Positions 27,520 to 40,597 of a DNA stretch of 64,000 bases are shown one piece after another. The stretch covers positions 236,340-300,339 of the forward strand of contig JBBRLQ010000003.1 in the NCBI GenBank assembly GCA_038231275.1, in the 5' to 3' direction. The stretch is from Polyangiales bacterium (GTDB lineage Bacteria; Myxococcota_A; Polyangia; Polyangiales; Polyangiaceae). The notes beneath the pieces were generated by a model, which saw nothing but the letters and a program-made list of their open reading frames with translations, ran no database searches and had not been told where the DNA came from. Numbering within the stretch: position 1 is the stretch's first letter; each line of letters opens with the position of its first letter. The position numbers and the translations under genes are program-made.

Positions 27520-28845
27520 GTGAGCCTGACCCCCGAAGTCGCCGAGCGCGCCGCCGAGGGCGAGCCCAAGAAGCGCCGCCTGCCGAGCCTCTACGTCCAG
27601 GTGCTCGTCGCGATCGCGCTCGGGGTCCTCCTCGGGTGGCTGCGCCCGAAGCTCGGCGTGGAGATGAAGCCGTTCGGCGACGGGTTCGTGAAGCTCATCA
27701 AGATGCTGATCGCGCCGATCGTCTTCACGACCGTGTCGGTGGGAATCGCGAGCATGCGCGACCTGAAGAAGGTCGGCCGGGTCGGCGGCAAGGCGGTGCT
27801 CTGGTTCGAGCTGATGACCACCGCGGCGCTGATCATCGGTCTCGCGATCGCCCACCTCGTGCGTCCCGGCGCCGGCATTCACGCCAGCGTCGACACGCTC
27901 GACACGGGCGCGCTCGACAAGACGATCTCCACGCCCCATCCGCAGGGCTTCGTGCAGCACGTCCTCGCGATCATCCCCGACACGTTCCTCGGCGCGTTCG
28001 TGAACGGCGACGTGCTCCAGGTGCTGCTGCTCGCGGTGCTGATGGGGTCGGCCCTGGCGGCGCTCGGTGAGCGCGTCGCGCCGCTCGTGAAGCTCCTGGA
28101 GCATTTTGCGACCGGCGTGTTCTCGATCGTCGGAATCGTGATGCGCGTGGCGCCGCTCGGCGCGTTCGGCGCGATGGCGTTCACGATCGGCGCGTACGGC
28201 ATCGGTACGCTGGGCAGCCTCGCGAAGATGATGGCGACGTTCTACGCGACGGCGCTCCTCTTCGTCTTCGTCGTGCTCGGTCTCGTCATGCGCGCGCTCG
28301 GACTCTCGATCGTGCGCCTCGTCGTCTACCTGAAGGAAGAGCTCGCGATCGTCCTCGGGACCTCGTCGAGCGAGTCCGTGCTTCCGCGGCTGATGAGCAA
28401 GCTCGAAGGGCTCGGCTGCAGCCCGTCCGTCGTGCGCCTCGTCGTCCCGACGGGATATTCGTTCAACCTCGACGGCACCGCGATCTACCTGACCTTGGCG
28501 GCGCTCTTCGTCGCGCAGGCGCTCGACGTGAAGCTGACCATCGGCGAGGAGGCGAAGCTCCTGGCGGTGCTCCTGCTGACCTCGAAGGGCGCGGCGGGCG
28601 TCACCGGCAGCGGGTTCGTCACGCTCGCCGCCACGCTGGCGTCGACGGGGAGCGTGCCGGTCGCAGGGATCACGCTGCTGCTCGGGATCGATCGCTTCAT
28701 GAGCGAGGCGCGCGCGCTGACCAACACGATGGGCAACGCGGTGGCCACCCTCGTCGTCGCCAAGTGGGAGAAGGAGCTAGACATGGCCAAGGCGCGGCAG
28801 GCTCTTGGCCTCGCGCCGGCGCCCGCGCTACGATCGGATCCATGA
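27520..28845 (+). CDS. dctA: C4-dicarboxylate/cation symporter DctA
   Basis: 441 aa from GTG; near-colinear with remembered E. coli DctA (…YVQVLVAIALGVLLG…, …MKPFGDGFVKLIKMLIAPIVF…, …GTSSSESVLPR…, …VPTGYSFNLDGT…, …SKGAAGVTGSGF…, …GIDRFMSEARALTN…). Confidence 0.92.
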   Translation: MSLTPEVAERAAEGEPKKRRLPSLYVQVLVAIALGVLLGWLRPKLGVEMKPFGDGFVKLIKMLIAPIVFTTVSVGIASMRDLKKVGRVGGKAVLWFELMTTAALIIGLAIAHLVRPGAGIHASVDTLDTGALDKTISTPHPQGFVQHVLAIIPDTFLGAFVNGDVLQVLLLAVLMGSALAALGERVAPLVKLLEHFATGVFSIVGIVMRVAPLGAFGAMAFTIGAYGIGTLGSLAKMMATFYATALLFVFVVLGLVMRALGLSIVRLVVYLKEELAIVLGTSSSESVLPRLMSKLEGLGCSPSVVRLVVPTGYSFNLDGTAIYLTLAALFVAQALDVKLTIGEEAKLLAVLLLTSKGAAGVTGSGFVTLAATLASTGSVPVAGITLLLGIDRFMSEARALTNTMGNAVATLVVAKWEKELDMAKARQALGLAPAPALRSDP

Positions 28846-29213
28846 GTGGCGTGTGCGCTTCGTGCGACGAACCGGTCGAGGACGACGACGAGTCGCTCTG
28901 CGCGAGCTGCCTCGCGAGCCCGGAGGAAGAGGCCGCGCAGGCGCAGGTCGCGCACCTCCTTGGCGTGAAGGTCGAGGTCGCGCAGCTCTATCGCGCGGCG
29001 AAGGGCGCTCTACGTCTCGCCCGTCGCTACATGCACGAGGCGCAGACCGTCGACGCTCGCGCGCGCGCGTGCCTGGACGAGGCGGCCCAATGCCGCGAGC
29101 AGATTCGCGTCCTGCGCGGCGGCCCCGAGGCGGTCACCCCGTCGGGACGCCCGGGCCTGCGCAAGGCCACGTCGCCCGCGGTCGCTCCCGGTCGCCTCCG
29201 CGCAGCTCGCTGA
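28842..29213 (+). CDS. Small hypothetical protein with N-terminal CxxC…CxxC zinc-ribbon-like motif
   Basis: 123 aa from MSGVCASCDEPV…CASCL; strong GC3; ATG overlaps dctA stop (ATGA). Confidence 0.55.
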   Translation: MSGVCASCDEPVEDDDESLCASCLASPEEEAAQAQVAHLLGVKVEVAQLYRAAKGALRLARRYMHEAQTVDARARACLDEAAQCREQIRVLRGGPEAVTPSGRPGLRKATSPAVAPGRLRAAR

Positions 29214-29257
29214 AGCGCGGGGAGGCGTGCTGAAGCGCGCCGAAGCCGCAGACGGGC

Positions 29258-30148
29258 TCAGCCCGACTTCTTCTTCTTGGCCGCGGCCGCGGGGGCCTTC
29301 GGCTCTGCCTTCTTGGGACCCGGGCGCGCCGACTCCGGCGCGGCGTCGACCTTCGCGTCGTTCGCGGCCTTCTGCTCGCGCGCCTCGGAGACGCTGCGCT
29401 TGAGCGCCTCGAGGAGATCGATGATCTGCGCCTTGGGGGCCTCCGGCGAAACGGTGACCTCTTGGCCCGCCGCCTTCTGCTCGACGGCGCTCATCACGCG
29501 CGTCGCGTACTCGTCCTTGTAGCGCGACGCCTCGAACGACGGCTGCGCGAGCTGCTCGATGAGCTTGTCGGCGAGCTCGCGCTCGATGTCCTTGAACTCG
29601 TAGGCGCCGCCGGTCTCGATGTCGTCGAAGGCGCGAACTTCATTTGCATAATACACTTGGTGCAGCGCGAGGCCGTTTTTGTAGGGCCGCACGAGAACGA
29701 TGTTCTCTTTCCCGCGCGTCCAGTACTTGCCGACCGCGATCTTCTGGGAGCGCTCCATCGACTCGCTGAGGAGCCGGTACGCGCGCTCGCCGCCCTTGTC
29801 CGGGCCGAGGTAGTACGTCTTCTCGATGTAAACGAAGTCGACGGTGTTCGCCGGGACGAACTCCATCAGCTCCAGCGAGTTGGTCCGGGCGCTCTCGAGC
29901 TTCTTCAGCTCCTCTTCCGTGAACTGGACGTAGCGGTCCTTCTGGAACTCGTACCCGCGAACCGTGGCGGAGCGCTCGACGACCTCGTTGTCGACGGGGC
30001 AGAAGAGCTGCTGCTTGAGCCGGCTCCCGCACTTGCCGTGGAGCATGTTGAACGACACGCTCTCCGAGGACGCCGCGGTGTAGAGTTTCACGGGGATCGA
30101 TACGAGCCCGAACGAGATCGTGCCCGAGCTGATTGCGCGCGCTGCCAT
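29258..30148 (-). CDS. ku: Ku protein (NHEJ)
   Basis: 296 aa from MAARAISSGTISFGLVSIPVKLY (canonical Ku N-terminus), Lys-rich C-terminal tail. Confidence 0.9.
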   Translation of the reverse strand: MAARAISSGTISFGLVSIPVKLYTAASSESVSFNMLHGKCGSRLKQQLFCPVDNEVVERSATVRGYEFQKDRYVQFTEEELKKLESARTNSLELMEFVPANTVDFVYIEKTYYLGPDKGGERAYRLLSESMERSQKIAVGKYWTRGKENIVLVRPYKNGLALHQVYYANEVRAFDDIETGGAYEFKDIERELADKLIEQLAQPSFEASRYKDEYATRVMSAVEQKAAGQEVTVSPEAPKAQIIDLLEALKRSVSEAREQKAANDAKVDAAPESARPGPKKAEPKAPAAAAKKKKSG

Positions 30149-30204
30149 CCTGACATCGTACCCGAGGGGTTTTGCCGTTGTCGAAAACTGCGAGAGAGCG
30201 GGGC

Positions 30205-31743
30205 ATGGCGGAGCCGATGCTCTGCGCGACCTCGGGCGTCGGTCTCGTCGCAAAGGGATGGGTCTACGAGCTCAAGCTCGACGGTGTTCGCATCCTCTGT
30301 GACAAGCGCGGGAAGGACGTCGCGCTCTGGTACCGCACCGGTCGTGACGCCACGGCCGCGTACCCGGAAATCGCGCGTGGAGTCGCCGATTTGCCGATCG
30401 ACGACGGGGTGCTCGACGGAGAGATTGTCGCCTTCGACCGGGCGGGAAAGCCGAGCTTTCAACGCCTCGAGCAGCGCATCGGATTGGGGCGCCCGCGGGA
30501 CGTCCAAGCGGCCGAGCACGAGGTGCCGGTGGCCTACGTCGTCTTCGATCTTCTTGCCCTGGAGGACCGAGATCTGCGTGAGCTGCCGATGGTGGAGCGG
30601 CGGCGGGTGCTGCAGGGGATCGTGCCGGACGAAGGGCGCGTGCGCTGCCTCGACTGGATGGAGGACGACGGCACTGCGCTCTTCGACATGTGTCGCCGCG
30701 AGCGCCTCGAAGGCGTGATCGCCAAGCGCGCGACGTCTCGCTACGCGAACGGTGCGCGGACGAGCGACTGGGTCAAGATCAAGTGCCAGTCGGACGACGA
30801 CTACGTGGTGGTCGGCTTCACGCGCGGCACCGGCGGCCGCGGCGATCTCGGCGCGCTCGACGTGGCGTCGTACGAGGGGGACGATCTCGTCGTGCGCGGC
30901 AAGGTCGGGAGCGGCCTCGGCGACAAGGAGATGCGCGCGCTCGTGACGCGGCTCAGCGCGCTCGCCGTCGACGCGCCACCGGCGAAGGGCGCCCTCGTTC
31001 CGGCGCCGCGCGGCCGCACGCACGTTCGTCCCGAGGTCGTCGTGAGCGTGCGCTACTCCAGCTGGACCGACGACGGGCACCTCCGTCATCCGGTTTTTCG
31101 CGGCGTGCGTGAGGACGTGCTCCCCGCCGATTGCATCGCGGCGCCGCCGTCGTCGACGATCTCCGAAGAGCTGGCGGCATACTACGCGGCCGTCGGCAGC
31201 GCGATGGTGCCGTACCTCGTCGCTCGTTCGGCGATCGTGGACGCCGCCTCGCTCGCGAAGGTCTCGCCGCCGATTCGTGTGCGCACGACCGGGTGGCTCG
31301 TCTTCGACGCCGACGCGAGGAGCGCCGTCGCGGCGGGCGCGCTCTTTCGCGACCTCGGACTGCCCGCGTTCGCGAAGACCGGCGAGTCGGCCGACTACCA
31401 CGTCCTCGTCGTGGTAGGGGACGCGCCGGCGGCCGGCGTGGACGCGCTCGCGTCGATCGCGACGCACCTCGTGGGCGCGGGGTTCTCACGCGTCGCGGGC
31501 GCGACGATCCTCGCGCCGTATTCGCCTATCGCCGGCGCAGGCTCGCGAGTCTCTGCTCCGTTGGCGTGGGACGAAATCGTCCCTTCTCTGGACCCACGCC
31601 GGCTGACGACGCGCACCGTTCCCGCGCGCCTCGCCAAGGACGGCGATCCGATGGCGCCGCTCCTCCGCGCGCACGTAGACTTCAATTTGGCGGTGCAACG
31701 TCTGGAGGCGCGACTGTCGGGCACGCACGGGGGTCCAACGTGA
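30205..31743 (+). CDS. ligD: ATP-dependent DNA ligase LigD (ligase domain + primase-polymerase-like C-terminal domain)
   Basis: Ligase motif I KLDGVR, OB-fold region; C-terminal ~200 aa with PolDom-like motifs (LVFDADAR ~FDLDP; ILAPYSPIAGAGSRVSAPLAWDEI ~APYSVR…PLTWDEL); no phosphoesterase domain; start codon choice (30172/30205/30217) uncertain. Confidence 0.8.
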   Translation: MAEPMLCATSGVGLVAKGWVYELKLDGVRILCDKRGKDVALWYRTGRDATAAYPEIARGVADLPIDDGVLDGEIVAFDRAGKPSFQRLEQRIGLGRPRDVQAAEHEVPVAYVVFDLLALEDRDLRELPMVERRRVLQGIVPDEGRVRCLDWMEDDGTALFDMCRRERLEGVIAKRATSRYANGARTSDWVKIKCQSDDDYVVVGFTRGTGGRGDLGALDVASYEGDDLVVRGKVGSGLGDKEMRALVTRLSALAVDAPPAKGALVPAPRGRTHVRPEVVVSVRYSSWTDDGHLRHPVFRGVREDVLPADCIAAPPSSTISEELAAYYAAVGSAMVPYLVARSAIVDAASLAKVSPPIRVRTTGWLVFDADARSAVAAGALFRDLGLPAFAKTGESADYHVLVVVGDAPAAGVDALASIATHLVGAGFSRVAGATILAPYSPIAGAGSRVSAPLAWDEIVPSLDPRRLTTRTVPARLAKDGDPMAPLLRAHVDFNLAVQRLEARLSGTHGGPT

Positions 31744-32417
31744 GCGCACGCTTCACCCTCGACGTCGGAGACGGCGACACCGTGACCGCCCATCGCTACG
31801 CCGCGGCGGGCTTTGCGCCCGTGCTCGTCCTCGCGCACGGCGCCGGCGCATCGCAAGCGCACCCGTTCATGGTGGCCGCGGGGGAAGGCCTCGCCGCGCG
31901 CGGCGTGACGATCGTGACGTTCGACTTCGTCTACATGGAGAAGAAGAAGAAGCTGCCCGACAGGCCTCCGCGCCTCGAGTCGTGCTGGCGCGCGGTCCTC
32001 GCAGAGGTGCGGAAGCGAGAGGCGGGCGCCGCAATCCTGATTGGCGGAAAATCGATGGGCGGTCGCATCGCCTCGCAGATCGCCGCGGGACCCGTCGGCG
32101 AAGCAGGCCTCGCGGGGCTCGTTTTCATGGGCTATCCGCTGCATCCGCCCGCAAAGCCGGCGCAGCTCCGCGACGCGCACTTGCCGAGCGTGAAGGCGCC
32201 GATGCTCTTCGTCCAAGGCGAGAAGGACGCGTTCGGCACTCCCGACGAGCTCGCACCGGTCCTCGCCAAGACCGGAGCGGCCCTTCACGTCGTCGTGGGC
32301 GGAGATCACTCCTTCAAGGTGCCGAAGCGCGGCGGCGGGAAGGCGCAGGCGGCGGTGATCGAGGAGGTCTTCGACGTGGTCGCTCGGTTCGCGCACGCGC
32401 GCGCGGGGCAGCGATGA
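31740..32417 (+). CDS. Alpha/beta hydrolase (dienelactone-hydrolase-like, COG3571-type)
   Basis: 225 aa from GTG overlapping ligD stop (GTGA); nucleophile elbow GKSMGG, …LVLAHGAGAS…. Confidence 0.7.
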   Translation: MSARFTLDVGDGDTVTAHRYAAAGFAPVLVLAHGAGASQAHPFMVAAGEGLAARGVTIVTFDFVYMEKKKKLPDRPPRLESCWRAVLAEVRKREAGAAILIGGKSMGGRIASQIAAGPVGEAGLAGLVFMGYPLHPPAKPAQLRDAHLPSVKAPMLFVQGEKDAFGTPDELAPVLAKTGAALHVVVGGDHSFKVPKRGGGKAQAAVIEEVFDVVARFAHARAGQR

Positions 32418-33103
32418 CGGCATCCTCGCGGCCACCGTCGCCGCCGATCGAACCGCCGAGGACCCGCGTAAAATTCCCCGATCCGCGACGCGCACGCGGC
32501 CGCGAGGTGCTCGCGGTCGGCACCGATTTTTCTCCAGGCACCCTCCTCACCGCCTACCGCGCCGGGATCTTTCCCTGGCCACACGGCGACGGCATCGTCC
32601 CGTGGTGCTCGCCGAATCCGCGCGCGATCTTCCCGCTCGAGGACGAGCCTCACTGGTCGCGCAGCCTCCGCCGCACGCTGCGCGTCCACCCGTTCGAGGT
32701 GACCGTCGACCGCGCGTTCCGCGACGTGATGACGGCGTGTGGCGAGACGCGGTCCGAGGGTACGTGGATCATCCCGGAGATGATCGACGCCTACGAAGAG
32801 CTGCACCGCCTCGGCTGGGCGCACAGCGTCGAGGTGTGGGAGGGCGAGCTCCTCGTCGGCGGCATCTACGGCATCGCGATCTCCGGTCTGTTCGCGGGCG
32901 AGTCGATGTTCCACGCGCGCACCGACGCGTCGAAGATCGCGTTCGCGTCGCTCGTGCGCCACCTGCGCGCGCGCCGCTTCGTCCTCTTCGATGTGCAGGT
33001 CCTGACCGATCACCTCGCGTCGCTCGGCTGCGTCGAGATCGATCGCGCGGAGTACCTCGACCTCGTGGAGGGCGCGATCGACCTCCCGGTGACCTTCCTC
33101 TGA
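32414..33103 (+). CDS. aat: Leucyl/phenylalanyl-tRNA--protein transferase
   Basis: 229 aa; ATGA overlap; motifs (…AYRAGIFPW…, …WCSPNPRAIF…, …HSVEVWEGELLVGGIYG…). Confidence 0.85.
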   Translation: MTASSRPPSPPIEPPRTRVKFPDPRRARGREVLAVGTDFSPGTLLTAYRAGIFPWPHGDGIVPWCSPNPRAIFPLEDEPHWSRSLRRTLRVHPFEVTVDRAFRDVMTACGETRSEGTWIIPEMIDAYEELHRLGWAHSVEVWEGELLVGGIYGIAISGLFAGESMFHARTDASKIAFASLVRHLRARRFVLFDVQVLTDHLASLGCVEIDRAEYLDLVEGAIDLPVTFL

Positions 33104-33156
33104 AGCGCATTTCTGTGGCCGCTTCCGATGCTTCGTGTCACCTGTTCCGTTCGGCC

Positions 33157-34569
33157 ATGCGCCCTGTCACGTCGGCCTTCACGTCCGCGCTCCTCGTCGC
33201 CACTGGGTGCGGGGCGCTCGTCGGTGTGGATTTCGACCGGGTCGCGGTCCCCGGTGGTGACGCGTCGGCGGACGGAGGCGAGAGCGGAACCGGCGACGAC
33301 GGCGCGACGACGACTGACGCCCAGCTCCTCCCCGACGGTGCGTGCAGCGCGCAGGGGGCGTGCACGGGAAAGTGCGGCAAGGTCCTCGACGCGTGCGGAT
33401 CGCTGGTCGACTGCGGTGGGTGCCCGAGCGGGCAAACGTGCGGCGGCGGCGGGGCGAACGTGTGCGGCACCGGGACCTGCATTGCGAGCTGCGCCGGCAA
33501 GTCGTGTGGCGCGAGCGACGGATGCAGCGGCGTCTGCACGGACGGGGTGTGCGCCGGACAGGGACAGCGCTGCGTCGCCGGCGTGTGCCGCTGCGGCCCG
33601 TCGTGCGCCGGCTGCTGCCAGGGAACGGCATGCGTCTCTGGGACCGACACCGGCGCGTGCGGGACCGGCGGCGCGATCTGCGCGCCCTGCACCGGCGGCG
33701 CGACGTGCAGCGCCGGCAAATGCACCGGCGGCGCGCCCACGTGGCAGCGCGAGACGACCGGCACGACCAACGTGCTCTACGCGGTCTGGGGGAGCGGCGT
33801 CGGAGACGTCTACGCGGTGGGCGCGCAAGGCACCGTGCTTCATTCGACGGGCAACGGGACCTGGACCGCGCAGGACGCCGGCGTCACGATCGACGTGGCC
33901 GGAGTCTCTGGCGCCGGCAGCGCGAGCGTCTTTGCGGCGACCGCCAGCAAGCTCCTTCATTCGGCCGGCGCCGGCGTCTGGACCAGCGTCTCGAACCCCG
34001 TAGCGCAGTCGCTCTCGGCGATCTCTGCGCGCGGGACCGCCGACGCGTTCGCGGTCGGCGGGGCCGGGACCATCCTCCACTCGGTCGCCGGCGGACCGTG
34101 GTCGCCCGTCACTTCAGGAACGAGCAGCGATCTGTACGGCGTGTGGACCGCCCCGGGCGGCGACGTCTACGCCGTCGGCTCTCTCGGCGCGACGCTCCAC
34201 TCGCTCACCGGCGCGACGTTCACCACCGACGCGCAGATCACCGGCGCGACCCTCTCGGGCGTGTGGGGCACCGGCGTCGGTGACGTGTTCGCGGTCGGCT
34301 CGGGCGGAGCCATCTTGCACACGCTGGGGAACGGGACGTGGACGGCGCAGACTTCGCCGACCACGAACGATCTTCGCGCCATCACCGGAAGGGGCACCGG
34401 CGAGCTCTACGCGGCCGGCGACGGCGGTACGGTTCTGCGCAGCACCGGCGATGGGACGTGGACCGTGATCTCGGGCGTCACGACGTCCTCGCTTTTCGGC
34501 GCCTGGGAAGCCTCCAACGGCGAAGTGTACGTCGTCGGCTCGGGCGGCGCGATCGTCCACTTTCACTGA
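33157..34569 (+). CDS. Lipoprotein with myxobacterial Cys-rich repeats and a 7-fold beta-propeller-like repeat domain
   Basis: 470 aa; lipobox (LLVATGCG), Cys-rich block (…CGGCPSGQTCGGGG…), seven ~40-aa repeats (G.GDVYAVG..GTILHS.GNGTWTAQ). Confidence 0.75.
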   Translation: MRPVTSAFTSALLVATGCGALVGVDFDRVAVPGGDASADGGESGTGDDGATTTDAQLLPDGACSAQGACTGKCGKVLDACGSLVDCGGCPSGQTCGGGGANVCGTGTCIASCAGKSCGASDGCSGVCTDGVCAGQGQRCVAGVCRCGPSCAGCCQGTACVSGTDTGACGTGGAICAPCTGGATCSAGKCTGGAPTWQRETTGTTNVLYAVWGSGVGDVYAVGAQGTVLHSTGNGTWTAQDAGVTIDVAGVSGAGSASVFAATASKLLHSAGAGVWTSVSNPVAQSLSAISARGTADAFAVGGAGTILHSVAGGPWSPVTSGTSSDLYGVWTAPGGDVYAVGSLGATLHSLTGATFTTDAQITGATLSGVWGTGVGDVFAVGSGGAILHTLGNGTWTAQTSPTTNDLRAITGRGTGELYAAGDGGTVLRSTGDGTWTVISGVTTSSLFGAWEASNGEVYVVGSGGAIVHFH

Positions 34570-34598
34570 CGCGCGTTCCTTTCGCCCGGAACCGACGC

Positions 34599-35366
34599 TC
34601 ACCCGTCGGCGTGCATGTCGCCGAGGCGATGTTGCAAGATCGCGAGGCCTGCGAAGACCGCGGTCTCCGCGCGCAGCACGCGGCCGCCGAACGCCAGCGC
34701 AATGGCCCCCGCCGCGTCGAGGCGCGCGCGCTCCGTCTCGGACCATCCGCCTTCGGGACCCACCGCGAGTACGTAGTCGCCGGACGGGGTCGAGGGCGCG
34801 AGCGGATCCGGTCCCGGAGGCGCCGCGCGATCGTCGAGCACGAAGCGCGCGCGTGCCGCCGTCCAGAACGGGGCCGCGAGCGCGCCTTCGAGGGGCATCG
34901 CCTTCGCCACCTCGGGAACCGAGGCGCGACGACACTGACGGCACGCGCGGATCGCCTGCCCCTGCCACGCCCACGGCTTCTCCTTCTCGAGGTCCGGCGG
35001 CTGCACGCTGTGCGCGGAGAGCACCGGCACGACGCGCACGCACCCGAGCTCGGTCGCCTTCTGGACGACGGGGAGCATCCGCTGTCGCCCGAGCACGGCG
35101 CAGACGAGCGTGATTCGCGCCTCCGACTCGGTCGAGCGCGGCATCGCCTCGTAGACGACCGCGCTGCCGGACGTCGTCGAGCGCCCCTTCAAGCTCGCGC
35201 GAAAGAAGCCGCCGCGCGCGTCCACCACCGTGAACGCTTCCTTGACGTTGATCTCGCGCAGCTCGAGCTGACGCAGCTGGTGCTCCTCGAGCGCGAGCTC
35301 GTCGCCGATCGCGAGCGCGCGCGCGACGCGGATCGGAGCCCGGATGTCGTCGGAGGGCGTGGCCAT
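34599..35366 (-). CDS. rsmE: 16S rRNA (uracil1498-N3)-methyltransferase RsmE
   Basis: 255 aa; PUA-like N-terminus and SPOUT C-terminus (…YVLAVGPEGGWSETE…AIALAFGGRVLRAETA…). Confidence 0.8.
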   Translation of the reverse strand: MATPSDDIRAPIRVARALAIGDELALEEHQLRQLELREINVKEAFTVVDARGGFFRASLKGRSTTSGSAVVYEAMPRSTESEARITLVCAVLGRQRMLPVVQKATELGCVRVVPVLSAHSVQPPDLEKEKPWAWQGQAIRACRQCRRASVPEVAKAMPLEGALAAPFWTAARARFVLDDRAAPPGPDPLAPSTPSGDYVLAVGPEGGWSETERARLDAAGAIALAFGGRVLRAETAVFAGLAILQHRLGDMHADG

Positions 35367-35429
35367 CGCCGCGCTCTTAGCACGGCTGGTGGCGTCACGA
35401 CGTGTGGACGTCGAGGTGGAGCTGGAGCC

Positions 35430-35777
35430 TCAGGCGTCGGCGACGACAGCGGCGACGACGGCGATAGCAGCGACAGCGGCGACGACGACCGGGACTGCGG
35501 CGGGCGCGAGGGAGATCGCCTGCGACGCGTAGATCTCCTGCTGCTTCTCCCACGCCATGTTCCGCACCGGCGTGGCGCGCGCGACGTCCTCGTACATGAA
35601 CCTGCGCGTCGACTTGATGCCCCACGGACGCACGACGAACGAGTCGCCGTTCTTGTCCGCGGTGCCGACCACGCTCGCGAAGATCTCGTGCGCGTCGTGG
35701 AAGCGGATGCGCACCTCGCGTGCGAAGCCGATCACGTTGCGGATGGTGTCGTGGCGCGGTGAAGCATTGGAAAGCAC
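35430..35777 (-). CDS. Hypothetical small protein with C-terminal hydrophobic tail
   Basis: 115 aa; strong GC3 bias on this strand; opposing + ORF looks non-coding. Confidence 0.55.
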   Translation of the reverse strand: MLSNASPRHDTIRNVIGFAREVRIRFHDAHEIFASVVGTADKNGDSFVVRPWGIKSTRRFMYEDVARATPVRNMAWEKQQEIYASQAISLAPAAVPVVVAAVAAIAVVAAVVADA

Positions 35778-35958
35778 GGGCGGACCCTATGACGGCGCGA
35801 CGCGATCCACAATGGGTGGCCTGACGAATTGTCCCTCGTTTCGCCGATGTTCGTGAGAGGCATTGCGCGACGCGCCGCGAGGGCGCATAGTCCACGCGGC
35901 TTCGCTGGGCGAGTTCGATCGCTCGCAGCCAAGGGCATGCGGTACTCTCGCGTCACCC

Positions 35959-36432
35959 GTGGACATCTACCTCCTCCGATCGTCGTCGTGCGTGGACGAC
36001 TCGCCCGCCGTGCCCGAGTCGCACCGCTTCCTCTCGCGCGAAGGGCGCCAGCTCGTTCGCGCCATCGGCAACAAGATCCGACTCGACGAGGAGCCGACCT
36101 TCGACTGCATCCTCACGAGCCAGGCGCCTGCGGCGATCCAGACCGCCGAGCTCTTCGCCGATCGCGTGGACTACGTCGGCGTCGTCGAGATCCTGCCGCA
36201 GCTCGGCGCGGGCGTCCCTTCGCAGGTGGCAGCCCCGATCGTGCTCGCGCGCGGCGTCACGGTCGCCGTCGTCGCCGACGAGCCGATGCTCTCGATGCTT
36301 GGCGCCTTCTTGATCGGCCGCACCACGTTCCCGCCGCTCCTGCACGCGCAGGTGTCGGTCATCCACGATCGTCAACCGGCGTGGTGCTTGCGACCCGGCG
36401 AGCCCACGCGTTCGCTGCTGCTCGTCGCGTGA
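35959..36432 (+). CDS. SixA/histidine-phosphatase-fold protein lacking catalytic His (pseudo-phosphatase candidate)
   Basis: 157 aa from GTG after 181-bp lower-GC intergenic; aligns by eye to SixA but RHG is replaced by RSS (VDIYLLRSSS) and the second His is absent. Confidence 0.5.
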   Translation: MDIYLLRSSSCVDDSPAVPESHRFLSREGRQLVRAIGNKIRLDEEPTFDCILTSQAPAAIQTAELFADRVDYVGVVEILPQLGAGVPSQVAAPIVLARGVTVAVVADEPMLSMLGAFLIGRTTFPPLLHAQVSVIHDRQPAWCLRPGEPTRSLLLVA

Positions 36433-36441
36433 GCGGAGCGA

Positions 36442-40560
<4,119 letters not shown>

Positions 40561-40597
40561 CGCCGCCTCCCTTGCAGGTCAGCGTCGCATGGTTTCG

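Noticed and set aside
31131-31739. Upstream in-frame extension of the alpha/beta hydrolase ORF through ligD
   Set aside because: Alternative frame of ligD; real start is GTG at 31740 overlapping ligD stop
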